Assembly: GCA_965226795.1 (NCBI GenBank)
Contig: CBDDDZ010000005.1
Coordinates: 1,216,001 to 1,280,000 of the forward strand
Reading direction: 5' to 3'
DNA: 64,000 nt
DNA from: Candidatus Latescibacterota bacterium
Lineage (GTDB): Bacteria; Latescibacterota; UBA2968; GCA-2709665
Of the stretch, positions 50,744-61,540 are shown one piece after another. Position 1 is the stretch's first letter; each line of letters begins with the position of its first letter. The notes beneath the pieces are model-generated. The model was given only the letters and a program-made list of their open reading frames with translations. It did not search any database and was not told the DNA's origin. The position numbers and the translations under genes were made by a program.

Positions 50744-53230
50744 ATGTCCGTGGCCGTGATAATCTTCTGCTTCTCGCTCGTCCTGTTCCCCCTGGCTTTG
50801 CTTTCCCAGGCGGTTCTACGACCCAATATCGTGTTGTTGCTCTCCGACGACATGGGCTGGGCGCAGCCCGGCTTCAACGGCGGCACGGAGGTGGCAACGC
50901 CCAACATGGACCGCATCGCCAACGAGAGGGTCAAGCTCACGCAGTTTTACGTCCAGCCCGTGTGTACGGCGACCCGCGGCTGTCTGCTCACCGGCCGCTA
51001 TGCCTGGAAGAACGGCACGGAGGTGCGCGTGGGCCTCAGGGACAGCCAGGGCATGCTGACCGACGAGCGCGCGATCGCCGACGCCTTGCGCGATGCCGGC
51101 TACGCGACCTGGATCGTCGGCAAGTGGCACCTTGGGCAATGGCAACGGAAGCACCTGCCCCTGCAGCGCGGATTCGATCATCACTACGGGCACTATTCGG
51201 GGGAAATCGACGCGGCATTCTGGATTGGCATCGAAACGGGCGTCCAGTGGTCGAGTCCGGCTATTCGACCTTTCTCCTGGCCGACGAGGCGGTCGCGCTG
51301 AGCGAGCGCCACGACGGCAGTCGTCCGTTTTTTCTCTACCTGCCGTTCAATGCCGTACACAACCCGAATGACGCGCCGGACGAGTACATCGAACCCTACG
51401 CCCACCTGGATTACCCCAAGCAGCTCGGGCAGTTCAAGGCCATGGATGTGGCAATCGGCCGGGTTATGGACGCCCTCGAGCGCAAGGGCGTACTCGACGA
51501 TACCCTGATCTTGTTCCTGAACGACAACGGGGGCACGCAAGAGGCGGGATGGAATCCTCCTTATCGGGGGAAGAAGTCGGGATTCTACGAGGGAGGAATT
51601 CGGGTTCCTGCCGTGCTTCGGTGGCCGGGTCAAATCCCGGCGGGGTCGGAGAGCGATGCGCCGCTCCACGTGGTGGATCTGTTCCCCACCTTCGCCGGTC
51701 TGGCCGGAGCGGACACCGGGGGCGGCCTGCCGCTCGATGGACTGGATGCCTGGGAGGGGCCCATCGCCGGGGGTGCCGAAAGTCCGCGCAACGAGGTCGT
51801 GTATGCGCACGGCGTGATTCGCGCGCGATGGGGAAACGCGGGAGGAAATCCCTGACCACCCGCCGGTTATCTTCGGAGCGGAGGAAAATGAGAAGTTCGG
51901 CACCGAGGCCAGAAGGGCCGTGACGCAACTACGCCAAGGCAATCCGGGACCGGCGCTCCTTCGGATGGAGGCTTCCGGGGCCAGCGTCAAGCTGGTGTAC
52001 AGTGAGACGCTGGACGCCGATTCCGTGCCGCCCATCCACGCGTTTGCGGTCGTCCTGAACCCGGGATACAGGTCGGCCGAGTTGGCCGGCGTGGCGGTGA
52101 GGGGGAGCGAAGTCGCGTTGACGCTCGCTCAGGCGGCAACCGGCGACACGCTGGGTCTGACCTACGAGGTGCCGGACACGGGTGCGATCCGGGATGCGGA
52201 CAGGCTTGAGGCGGTAGGCCTCACCTGGGCGACGGCCGCGATTGAAGTCACCCCGCCACCGCCGCACCCCCCGCCCCCTGATGCCCCCGTTATGAGTGAG
52301 GCATTGGCGACCAGCGTAACGGTGAGTTGGATAGTTCCAGACAATGACGGGCCGCCTATCACAAGCTACGACCTGCGGTACCGACAGGGCACCACGGGGC
52401 AGTTTACTGACGGCCCGCAGGACGTGACGGAGACCAGCGCCATAATTGAGGGTCTGGACCCCGACACCCAATACGAGGTACAGGTGCGGTCGAACAGTAC
52501 AGCCGGCGACAGCCGGTGGATCACCCTGGGTTCGGACCGAACCAATGTATTGGTACTGTATGACCGTTTTTGCCTTTCTCTGGATCTGGATAGTACCGAA
52601 AAAGATCAATACGTGTCGTCCTTTGCTGTTTCACCCGGCGGCGCCGTTCCTATTCAGGTCTTCGGCTCGGATTTTCGGAATGCGCGCGGGCTTACCTTGC
52701 GCGTGGGATATGATTTGACCCAGGTTGTGTTATCCGGGTTTGACGTGGCCGAAGCCCTGCCACGCGCCCACGCGCTGGTGAAGCAGGATTCAACATTTGT
52801 GGAGATCGGCATTGCGTCCCAGGGCGGACGGGCTACGATCGACAGCGGTCTGGTGGGTACGATACGCTTCAGGACGACGGACGCGTTTTCAGAGACGGAG
52901 ATACGGCTGGCGGGCGCAGACCTCGTCAGGGACGGACCCCTCGAGGCGATGGCGCGTTCTGTAATCGTTGCCCTGCAGGCAGCCGCGCCGCCCTCTCCTG
53001 ATTTCGATGGGAACGGGCTGGTTGCGTTTGCCGACTTCGTGGTGTTCGCAGGCGTGTTCGGGTATGGGGAGGGCGATGAGAAGTATGAGGCAAAATATGA
53101 TCTGAATGGCGACGGCGGGGTCGGGTTTGACGATTTCGTTGTCTTTGCCAGGAGCTTCGGCAACGCGATTAACCGCCCGCCTGTGTTCCCCTCTACGTCT
53201 CCGGTGATGCGCGAGGTGGGCCGAGGGCGC
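50744..53230 (+). pseudogene. Fragmented multidomain arylsulfatase + SwmB-like + FN3 + cohesin-like + dockerin-like protein
   Basis: 'PNIVLLLSDDMG', FGly motif 'CTATR', 'GKWHLG', 'DNGG', 'YEGGIRVP'; FN3 'W..P.NDGPPITSYDLRY'; 'DFDGNGLVAFADF...DLNGDGGVGFDDF'. Apparent deletions near 51205 and 51830; truncated after 'NRPPVF'. Confidence 0.8.
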
Positions 53231-53850
53231 ACCTTCTGGAGAGCCGGTAGGGGATCGCGTCAGCCTTGTGGTGAGCATCACGATCACGGAAATTGCAGAT
53301 GCTTACCGTCCCCTGGATCCTTGAAGGTAAACGATTCGGCGCCCCCGGAGCGGTTGGCCGAAGGCTCAAACAAACACAATCAAGGCTTTAGTGTGGGAGG
53401 AGTCGGAGACATGAATGTGCGAAAACTGATCAAAGAGGAGAAGCTTGCTTTCTTAAAGGCGATCCAAGAGGACATATACCCCCGAGCCAGGTTGAGAGAC
53501 ATACCTTCGTGGAGGGCAGAACACAATGGTGTCGTGGGATACGGATTCACGCGAGAGTGCGCTGAATCGGATTGCCGGTCGCAATCGTAATTGCTCCCGA
53601 TACAAGCCCGTAACGTCTATTCCCCATTTTCTATTCAGAATCCGATGAACTGTCGTATCGGGGATGCGGCCGGGGCTGAGAACTTCGGGTTTCCTGCCTG
53701 TAACGTTCACGAGGGTGGAGGGGCGTGGAACGCTGGCGCGACTGCTGAACGTCGGCGTTCCAGGACCATTTGGTACTCCGCAGACACTCCTAATAACAAG
53801 GCCCTGCTGACGTCGACGTCGGCAAGGCCGTTTCGTTTGGCATGGTGAAC

Positions 53851-53926
53851 TGGTGACCCCGAGGGGAGTCGAACCCCCGTTTCCAGGGTGAGAACCTGGT
53901 GTCCTAGGCCACTGAACGACGGGGTC
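53851..53926 (-). tRNA. tRNA-Glu (CTC)
   Basis: GACCCCG acceptor stem, CCAGG-TTCTCAC-CCTGG anticodon arm, GGTTCGACTCC T-arm, encoded CCA; upstream TTGACA-17-TACATT. Confidence 0.97.
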
Positions 53927-54035
53927 ACCCGGTTAAAGCGGGGGAAATGTACCAAAAACAACCGAGTGTGTCAAGTGAATTAAGAATAAAGGAGTTAGGC
54001 GCCTTCTTGACCCCCTGGTGTCGGCTGCCCGTCCT

Positions 54036-54410
54036 TCAATCCCGTGGCGGAACGGCGCACAGAAAGCTGAAGGGTTCTTCGCCCGTATTCTCGAACTGGT
54101 GTTGTTCGTTCGGGGGAATGTACACAATATCGCCAGGGCCGATTTCGAAGACCTCCCAGCCCATCAGCAGGCGGGAGGTGCCCCTGAGGACGTACACGCC
54201 GTGGTCGTGATCGTGGCGGTCGAAGGAGGTCTGCCCGCCGGGGGCGATTTCATAAAATCGCAGTCCGAAATTGACGGCGCCGTCTTTCTTGCCGATCACA
54301 ACCTGTTTCGTGCCCCCCACGGCCCCGCCTTGGTCGTAGGATTCGACGCCAACGCCTTCCCACGTGTAGTTGTTGCCGTGTTCGCCTGTAAAACGGTATA
54401 GAACGCCCAT
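54036..54410 (-). CDS. Cupin domain protein
   Basis: 'FEI/YEIAPGG', 'H.HDHGVYVLRG', 'GPGDIVYIPPNEQHQF.N'. Confidence 0.9.
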   Translation of the reverse strand: MGVLYRFTGEHGNNYTWEGVGVESYDQGGAVGGTKQVVIGKKDGAVNFGLRFYEIAPGGQTSFDRHDHDHGVYVLRGTSRLLMGWEVFEIGPGDIVYIPPNEQHQFENTGEEPFSFLCAVPPRD

Positions 54411-54513
54411 GGGTATCCCTGGGGGAATCCGAACCCTTGCAATGCATCCGGATCGGTTTGAGGTCGGAGAACCGGGTATAGCTGCAACTCTGACGATTAG
54501 GGCGGCAGCGCGG

Positions 54514-55557
54514 TTACATGAAATTCCTTACGCCGCTTCCGTGGAGTTCGGAAATGCGGGCGGCGGTTTCCGCGTCGAAGCCCACCTGGATCAGTTCACG
54601 TATACGTTTGTTGTGCATCGTACTGTAAAGGTCGCGTACCAGGTCGCGGCCCTTTTCGAGCTGTTCCGGTGAGGATCCGCCGCCGGCGAGGGTCATCATC
54701 GCGTTCAGCACAAAGGGGTTGGCTCCCGAAACCTGCTGCAGAAAGGCGGTGCGTTTTTCCGCGGCGCCGGCGAGCCGGTTGATGACTTCGGGGTGATGCT
54801 GAACGTGGTAACCGATGTGGGAAAGACCATAGCCGACGTGCCGGCCCTCGTCTTGGCGGGTGAGTTTGAAGACCCGCGCGGTGACGGGGTCCGGAGACAC
54901 TTCCTCCAGAAACCTGAGCAGTTCCATGAATGTGCCTTCGCCCAGCACGTGGAGGAGGAAGGAGGCGTCCGTGAAGTCTTCCTGGGCGAGCAGGCTCTGA
55001 AGGGACCATTCCGTGGCGGAGGAAACGTATTGCAGGCCGCCGCCGTTGGCCAGCGCCCGCTTGGTGAAGACTTCAACGTGCCTGGCCTCGTCCATAACCT
55101 GGCTGGATAGAAACAGGATGACTTCGGAAAAACACGGGTCGATGCGGCCGATAAACTTGGCGGGAAGGTACAGCGCCAGGTATTCGTTCTGGATCATGAA
55201 GGTGCAGATTTGGCAAACCGCGCGTTCCAGGTCTTCGGGAAGTTCGGACAGATCGTGCCAGGGGATATCCGTCGTGGCGTTCCACTGGCCCTGTTTGGCC
55301 TGTTCTACCAGGTCGGCGATATTCTCCGCCCAGACCTCGGTTTTTTGGACAATCCCGAAGTCGAAGTCGGGGGTTTTGGGGTCCACGACCGAACCGCGCT
55401 GTGCCAAACCATGGTTTCGAGGCGCGCGGTCCGGGCCGCTGCCGGGTTTGCCGACAAGACAGTCGGGAAGGAGAATTCCCCGTCCGTCGCGCGGCGGTAC
55501 CCTGATGCCCCAGTCGGGATCGCCCCAGGAGGATGTATCGGGATGATTGGGATCCAT
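54514..55557 (-). CDS. Ferritin-like di-iron protein
   Basis: Paired 'QNE..DEARH' and 'GE..DEGRH' carboxylate/His motifs. Confidence 0.8.
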   Translation of the reverse strand: MDPNHPDTSSWGDPDWGIRVPPRDGRGILLPDCLVGKPGSGPDRAPRNHGLAQRGSVVDPKTPDFDFGIVQKTEVWAENIADLVEQAKQGQWNATTDIPWHDLSELPEDLERAVCQICTFMIQNEYLALYLPAKFIGRIDPCFSEVILFLSSQVMDEARHVEVFTKRALANGGGLQYVSSATEWSLQSLLAQEDFTDASFLLHVLGEGTFMELLRFLEEVSPDPVTARVFKLTRQDEGRHVGYGLSHIGYHVQHHPEVINRLAGAAEKRTAFLQQVSGANPFVLNAMMTLAGGGSSPEQLEKGRDLVRDLYSTMHNKRIRELIQVGFDAETAARISELHGSGVRNFM

Positions 55558-55599
55558 GATAGGCTACTCCTCTGTGATCCGGCGAGACCGCACCTTCCG

Positions 55600-56766
55600 T
55601 TATTGCCCGCTATTGAGAACAAGCTTGACGAAGTCGCCGAAGTCGGTTGTCTCGTAGGTTCTGAAGGAGGTCAGCATGGATGGCGTCCATTCGTCGTGCC
55701 AGATCCAGGCGGTCCATCCGATATTGCGGGTCTGGCAGAAGTCTATCAGGGGCCGGCCATAGTCCTGTCTGATTCTTCCGGGGTCTTCCGAATGACCGTA
55801 CCCCCATTCGCCCAGGAAGACCGCGTCGGTCTTATCAAGGTCCTCAAGAACGTCCTTCCACGCTTCGCCTTTCCAGGGATAGGGATGGGTCTCGTACACG
55901 ACGTTGGGTCGGTCCACCGGGTCGTCGAGGGCGCCGCTCAGGTCGTACCCCCAGTCGGTGCCGGAAACCAGGACGAGCGCCCGGGGATCGACGGCGTGGA
56001 TGACGTCCACCAGCGATTCGGCTATAGGGCGCCATTCGTTCCAGGTGATAAACGCTGGTTCGTTGAACGTGCCGTATATGACGTGGGGCCGGTCGCTGTA
56101 TCTTCGGGCGATTTCGTCCAGAGCCTCAATTGCAAGGAACAGATCGGGGTTGTACGGACTACCCCGCCAGGGGTGCCGGTATCCCCATTCGGGGCGTTCG
56201 GTCTGCCCGGTGATCGGGTTCCCGTGCGCGTGCCAGCCGAGAAAGACGTAAATGCCGCGCTGGTGCCCCCAGGCGACGATCGGATCGACGAACCTGGGCA
56301 GGTAGTCCCGATCCCGTTGCCAGAGGTCGGGATGAATGGGAACCCGGATGACATCCACGTTCCATTCTTCGGCCAGGATGTCGAGTGCGTCCGTTGCCCG
56401 ACGGGTGGCGGCACCCAGAAAGTACGGATCGATCACGGCCACGCCGCGCAGGACGACGTCAACACGCTGACCGAACGCGTCCGCGAAGGCCAGAAAGTCG
56501 GCGAAATCGACGCTGCCGCTGCTGTCGAGGTCGTAACCGACACTGGACGAGCCGTAGGCGTCCGCAAACAGAAGAAAGTCCGACAGGTCCACGTGCCCGT
56601 GGCCGTCGAAATCCGCGGCCGCGGCGTTTACGCTGATGATTCTGTTCCCTTCAACCCGCAGTCTCGACGGGTTTTCGCCCGCACCGGCCAGGGCCGGCGA
56701 GAGGGATAGAGCGAGGATCAGTATGGTAAGGACATAACTTCTGAATTTCCAGACGGGCATGGACAT
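55600..56766 (-). CDS. Secreted GH5 glycoside hydrolase with inserted dockerin/EF-hand-like domain
   Basis: Signal peptide; 'IRVP', 'WH', acid/base 'FNEP', 'HPYP', nucleophile 'GEWG', 'GWTAWIW'. Confidence 0.9.
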   Translation of the reverse strand: MSMPVWKFRSYVLTILILALSLSPALAGAGENPSRLRVEGNRIISVNAAAADFDGHGHVDLSDFLLFADAYGSSSVGYDLDSSGSVDFADFLAFADAFGQRVDVVLRGVAVIDPYFLGAATRRATDALDILAEEWNVDVIRVPIHPDLWQRDRDYLPRFVDPIVAWGHQRGIYVFLGWHAHGNPITGQTERPEWGYRHPWRGSPYNPDLFLAIEALDEIARRYSDRPHVIYGTFNEPAFITWNEWRPIAESLVDVIHAVDPRALVLVSGTDWGYDLSGALDDPVDRPNVVYETHPYPWKGEAWKDVLEDLDKTDAVFLGEWGYGHSEDPGRIRQDYGRPLIDFCQTRNIGWTAWIWHDEWTPSMLTSFRTYETTDFGDFVKLVLNSGQ

Positions 56767-56789
56767 CCCGGAACGTGAATTTACTGCAA

Positions 56790-56908
56790 TGTCATGCTGA
56801 GGAAGCCGTCAAGATGACGAAGAATCCGTCCGATTTCGTTACCGAGGGTCTCTTGCCACACTTACAACGGGATGGACGGGAGATTCTTCGACTACGCTCA
56901 GAATGACA
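56790..56908. repeat. REP/REPIN-like palindromic element
   Basis: TGTCATGCTGAG...GAAGAATC at the left end pairs with GATTCTTCG...CTCAGAATGACA at the right end. Confidence 0.7.
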
Positions 56909-57178
56909 GGGCGGCCGATCGTCAGAACTATGAGATCCTTTCTGCGAAAGATAGGGATAAACCCCCTGTCCAGCAAGGCCGAATGGGAATCCGTGTGGCT
57001 GAACCGATGTCGGCGTGGCGAGGTCGCCAGACACGAACGCGCGGCTACGGCGCCAGGTTTCAGGAATTCGCTTGTAAGCCCTGCCGACCGGGGTTATATT
57101 GCAATCTTTTGAGCGGCTCCGCGCTGAGATACGGCCTCCGGAACACCGTGTGATCGTGAACTTTCTGGAGAAACCGGA

Positions 57179-58165
57179 ATGTTGAAATATGTCGCGTGGC
57201 GAATCCTGATGATGATCCCCACGCTCTTCGCCATTTCAATCGTGTCGTTTCTGATTATCCAGCTTCCGCCCGGAGACTTCCTCACCTCGTACCTGGCGCA
57301 ACTCACCTCGATGGGCGAAACGGTGAGTGAAGAGGTCATCGAGGCGCTGAGGGCGCGGTACGGGCTGGGCAGTCCGGTCTACGTACAGTACTGGACGTGG
57401 ATCACGGGAATCGTCACACAGGGAGATTTCGGGATGTCCCTGCTGTGGGGGCGGCCGGTGAGCGATCTGCTGTGGGATCGGGTCAGCCTTACCGTGATGG
57501 TAAGCGCGAGTTCGGTGCTCTTCATATGGGTGGTCGCGATTCCCATAGGCATCTATTCCGCGGTGCGGCAGTATTCAATCGGCGACTATATTTTCACGTT
57601 TCTGGGATTCCTGGGACTTGCGACGCCTCCATTCATGCTCGCACTGATTGCGCTATGGATTGTCTTTGTGTCCACCGGAAGCGTGCTGATCGGGCTCTCT
57701 TCTCCGGAGTTCATCGATGCACCATGGTCAATCGCAAAGGCACTGGATCTGCTCGCCCACCTGTGGATTCCTATGGTGATCCTGGGAACGGCGGGGACGG
57801 CGGGGACGATCCGCGTGATCCGGGCTCAGATGCTGGATGAATTGCACAAACCGTATGTCGTGACCGCGCGGGCGAAAGGGGTGTCGGAATTGAAGCTTCT
57901 TTTCAAGTATCCCGTGCGGATTGCCCTGAATCCCTTCTTCAGTACCCTGGGCTGGTTGCTTCCCAGGCTGATCGCGGGAGAGATCCTGGTGTCCATCGTA
58001 TTGAATCTGCCCACCACGGGTCCGCTCCTGTTGGGGGCCCTCACCAACCAGGACATGTACCTGGCCGGAAGTTTTATGCTGATCCTGAGCACGTTGACGG
58101 TGATCGGGACGCTGATCTCGGATATTCTGCTCGCCTGGGTCGATCCGAGAATACGCTACTCGTAG
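57179..58165 (+). CDS. Opp/Dpp-type ABC transporter permease (OppB-like)
   Basis: 'GDFGMS', EAA-loop 'YVVTARAKGVSE', 'DILLAWVDPRIRY'. Confidence 0.95.
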   Translation: MLKYVAWRILMMIPTLFAISIVSFLIIQLPPGDFLTSYLAQLTSMGETVSEEVIEALRARYGLGSPVYVQYWTWITGIVTQGDFGMSLLWGRPVSDLLWDRVSLTVMVSASSVLFIWVVAIPIGIYSAVRQYSIGDYIFTFLGFLGLATPPFMLALIALWIVFVSTGSVLIGLSSPEFIDAPWSIAKALDLLAHLWIPMVILGTAGTAGTIRVIRAQMLDELHKPYVVTARAKGVSELKLLFKYPVRIALNPFFSTLGWLLPRLIAGEILVSIVLNLPTTGPLLLGALTNQDMYLAGSFMLILSTLTVIGTLISDILLAWVDPRIRYS

Positions 58166-58255
58166 ATCTCCGGGGGTGCGCCGGGGAATGAACGGGAGTC
58201 GTTCGGGATTCCCATAGAACGGCATAACAATGGAAGCTCTGAGGGTCTGTCGCCA

Positions 58256-59443
58256 ATGATGAAGCCGTTGATGGATGTTTTTCGAAAGCTGCAGGCAGAC
58301 GGTGTCTTCGGGTATCGCAGACGCCCGCAGCCGGGGACGCCCGATGGCGGAACCGGTGCGCGGGTGCTCGTGGCTTCGCAATGGCGGCTGATGTGGTGGA
58401 AATTTCGCAAACACCAGCTGGCGAAGGTCGCGGGTGCGGTTCTGATTCTCTTTTATCTGGTGGCGGGATTCTGCGAGTTTGTGGCGCCGCATGATCCACA
58501 CCGACTGAATACGAAGTATATTCACGCGCCGCCTCAGACGGTTCGATTTATTGACGTCGAGGGGGCGTTTCATTTGAGGCCCTTCGTGTACCGGCACATC
58601 CAGCACCGGGATCCGGTCACGCTCCGCCTTTCCTACCTCGAAGACCGCTCCCGGCGCTTCCACATCCGGCTCTTTGTCGCCGGGGATCCATACACGTTGT
58701 GGGGGTGGGTCCCCATGCAACGCCATCTCCTCGGACTCGAGAACGGAGAACCCCTGTTCCTTCTGGGCGCGGATCGGATGGGCCGGGATCTGCTGTCCCG
58801 AACCGCCTACGGGGCTCGGATCTCACTGTCGATCGGATTGATCGGCATCGCCATCAGTTTCGTGCTCGGGGTGATTCTGGGCGGAATTTCCGGCTATTTC
58901 GGCGGGCGGATCGACGACGTGATCCAGCGACTGATCGAGTTCATCATGGGCATTCCGGGTTTGCCGCTCTGGATGACGCTCAGTGCGGCGCTGCCCCCGG
59001 ACTGGCCGATCATTCGGGTTTACTTCGGCATTACGATCATTCTGGCCTTTGTTGGCTGGACCGGACTGGCCCGTGTCGTGAGGGGGCGTTTTCTGGCTCT
59101 CAGGGAAGAGGATTTCGTGATGGCGGCACGCCTGGGGGGCGCCAGCGAGAGCCGGATTATTGCCAAGCATATGGTGCCTTCGTTTCTGAGTTACATTATC
59201 GCCGCGCTCACGCTGGCGGTTCCGCAGATGATTCTGGGGGAGACGGCGCTGAGCTTCATCGGGCTGGGGTTGCGCTCGCCGGCAATCAGCTGGGGGGTAC
59301 TGTTGCAGGATGCGATGAATATCCGCGCCGTGGCGCATTTTCCGTGGCTGCTTCTGCCGGGCCTGTTTGTCATCGTAGTGGTACTGGCATTCAATTTTCT
59401 GGGTGACGGGCTGAGAGACGCGGCCGATCCATATACCAGGTAG
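58256..59443 (+). CDS. Opp/Dpp-type ABC transporter permease (OppC-like)
   Basis: 'LGADRMGRDLLSR..YGARISL', 'EEDFVMAARLGGAS', 'FNFLGDGLRDAADP'. Confidence 0.95.
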   Translation: MMKPLMDVFRKLQADGVFGYRRRPQPGTPDGGTGARVLVASQWRLMWWKFRKHQLAKVAGAVLILFYLVAGFCEFVAPHDPHRLNTKYIHAPPQTVRFIDVEGAFHLRPFVYRHIQHRDPVTLRLSYLEDRSRRFHIRLFVAGDPYTLWGWVPMQRHLLGLENGEPLFLLGADRMGRDLLSRTAYGARISLSIGLIGIAISFVLGVILGGISGYFGGRIDDVIQRLIEFIMGIPGLPLWMTLSAALPPDWPIIRVYFGITIILAFVGWTGLARVVRGRFLALREEDFVMAARLGGASESRIIAKHMVPSFLSYIIAALTLAVPQMILGETALSFIGLGLRSPAISWGVLLQDAMNIRAVAHFPWLLLPGLFVIVVVLAFNFLGDGLRDAADPYTR

Positions 59444-59452
59444 GGGAGAACC

Positions 59453-60454
59453 ATGGATCCATCGGTGTTGCTCGAAGTCCGTGATCTACGCGCCTATTTT
59501 TTCTCCGATGAGGGTACGGTGCGGGCCGTGGACGGGGTGGATTTTCAGATTATGAAGGGGGAGACGCTGGGGGTGGTGGGCGAGAGCGGCTGTGGCAAGA
59601 GCGTGATGGCCCAATCCATTCTCCAGATTCTGCCCAAAAACGGTCGCATTGTCCAGGGCGAGGTGCTGCTGCGCACCAACGGAAAGGTTGTCGATCTGGC
59701 CGGGTTGAAGCGGAACGGCAGGGAGATCAGAAGTATCCGGGGCAAGGAGATTGCCATGATGTTCCAGGAGCCGATGACGTGTCTGAGTCCGGTCCATACC
59801 ATAGGGAATCAGATCGAAGAGGCCATCCGGCTGCATCGGCGTGCGGATCGGAAGGAGGCCAGGGTAATCGCCATAGATATGTTGTGGAAATGCGGCATCC
59901 CCGAACCGGAGCGGCGGGTAGATGCCTATCCGCACCAGTTGAGCGGGGGCATGCGTCAGCGGGCGATGATTGCGATGAGTCTGTCCTGCCGGCCCCGTCT
60001 GCTGATTGCCGACGAGCCCACAACGGCGCTGGACGTGACTACCCAGGCACAGATTCTGGATCTGCTGAAGGCATTACAGGAGGAAATCCATACCTCCATA
60101 ATGATGATCACCCACAACCTGGGAGTCGTGGCGGAACTGGCCGACCACGCGATGGTGATGTACCTTGGTAAGGTCGTGGAATTCGCGAACTGCGAGACCA
60201 TCTTTAACGATCCCAAACATCCGTATACCCGCGCCTTGCTGAAATCCATTCCCCGGCTGGGACGCAAGGCGAAAGAGGGCTTGCTATCCATCGAGGGATC
60301 GGTTCCGAATCCGTACGAGTTGCCCACGGGCTGCAAGTTCCATCCGCGATGTCCGGACCGGATAGACGGCGTCTGCGACCGGTACGAGCCGGAGTTGAAA
60401 ACCATCGGTTCGGGACACGGCGTGAGTTGTTTCCTGTATTCCGACCCGTCCTGA
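59453..60454 (+). CDS. ABC transporter ATP-binding protein (OppD-like)
   Basis: [27 protein letters not shown]-terminal Cys cluster. Confidence 0.96.
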   Translation: MDPSVLLEVRDLRAYFFSDEGTVRAVDGVDFQIMKGETLGVVGESGCGKSVMAQSILQILPKNGRIVQGEVLLRTNGKVVDLAGLKRNGREIRSIRGKEIAMMFQEPMTCLSPVHTIGNQIEEAIRLHRRADRKEARVIAIDMLWKCGIPEPERRVDAYPHQLSGGMRQRAMIAMSLSCRPRLLIADEPTTALDVTTQAQILDLLKALQEEIHTSIMMITHNLGVVAELADHAMVMYLGKVVEFANCETIFNDPKHPYTRALLKSIPRLGRKAKEGLLSIEGSVPNPYELPTGCKFHPRCPDRIDGVCDRYEPELKTIGSGHGVSCFLYSDPS

Positions 60455-60502
60455 CGCTTTCGCGTTCGGGTGGGTCCTTCGATATCGCGAAGTAGGTATA
60501 CA

Positions 60503-61540
60503 ATGGCCCTGAACGAATCCGTTCTGCTGGACGTGAAGAACCTGCGCAAGTATTTCCCCATCACCGAAGGGATTCTGAAGCGGGTGGTGGGACAGGTGAA
60601 GGCGGTGGACGGCGTCAGTTTCGCGGTGAAGAAACAGGAGACGCTGGGCCTGATCGGCGAGAGCGGGTGCGGCAAGACAACGGTAGGCCGGAGCATTCTG
60701 AGGGCGATCGAACCGACCGACGGAGAGGTGCTCTTCGAGGACGGAGGACGGATGGTAGACGTCTGTCGTCTGTCCCGGAGGGAGTTGAGGAAGTTTCGCA
60801 GGCACATGCAGATGGTGTTTCAGGATCCGTATTCGTCGCTGAATCCCCGGATGACGGTATTCGCTATCGTTGCGGAGCCGCTAGTGGTGAACCGGATCGC
60901 GCGGGGCGCCGAACTGGAGGATCGCGTCGCGGAGTTGCTCAGGGTCGTCGGGCTGGACCCTCAGTTTATGCGCCGTTATCCTCACGCGTTCAGCGGGGGG
61001 CAGCGGCAGCGGATCGGCGTCGCCAGAGCCTTGGCGTTGAACCCCAGGCTGATCATAGGTGATGAACCCGTATCGGCGCTGGACGTGTCGGTTCAGGCTC
61101 AGGTGTTGAACCTGCTCCAGGAACTGCAGGAGCGGATGGGGCTCACCTATCTGTTCATTTCCCACGATCTGGCCGTGGTGGAGCATATCAGCGACCGTAT
61201 CGCCATCATGTACGTGGGCCAGATCGTGGAGTTGGCGGACGAAGAGACGCTGTTCGCCACGCCCAGACACCCCTATACCGAAGCGCTTTTGTCGGCCGTC
61301 CCAAAGCCCGATCCGGCATACAAGAAGCGGAACATCCCGCTCCAGGGCGAAGTGGCCGATCCGGCGAATCCGCCCGCGGGATGCTATTTCCACCCCCGGT
61401 GCCCGTACGCCGAGGACGTGTGCCGGGAGGAATCACCGGAACTCGTCAACATCTCGCCGCTGTCCCGCTCGGATAGAGATCCGCACTACGTCCGCTGCCA
61501 TTTCAGCGAGACGCTTCGGCTGGTGGGCGTCGAGGCATGA
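60503..61540 (+). CDS. ABC transporter ATP-binding protein (OppF-like)
   Basis: [24 protein letters not shown], 'GCYFHPRCP'. Confidence 0.96.
   Translation: MALNESVLLDVKNLRKYFPITEGILKRVVGQVKAVDGVSFAVKKQETLGLIGESGCGKTTVGRSILRAIEPTDGEVLFEDGGRMVDVCRLSRRELRKFRRHMQMVFQDPYSSLNPRMTVFAIVAEPLVVNRIARGAELEDRVAELLRVVGLDPQFMRRYPHAFSGGQRQRIGVARALALNPRLIIGDEPVSALDVSVQAQVLNLLQELQERMGLTYLFISHDLAVVEHISDRIAIMYVGQIVELADEETLFATPRHPYTEALLSAVPKPDPAYKKRNIPLQGEVADPANPPAGCYFHPRCPYAEDVCREESPELVNISPLSRSDRDPHYVRCHFSETLRLVGVEA

Noticed and set aside
53411..53590. Separate 59-aa ORF (MNVRKLIKEE...) with GGAG RBS
   Set aside because: No recognisable motif; lies in decayed sequence; support too weak.
53600..53926. tRNA-Glu as an active integration site with att duplication
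   Set aside because: No integrase and no copy of the tRNA 3' end at the other island edge; the short match near 3419 is inside a CDS.
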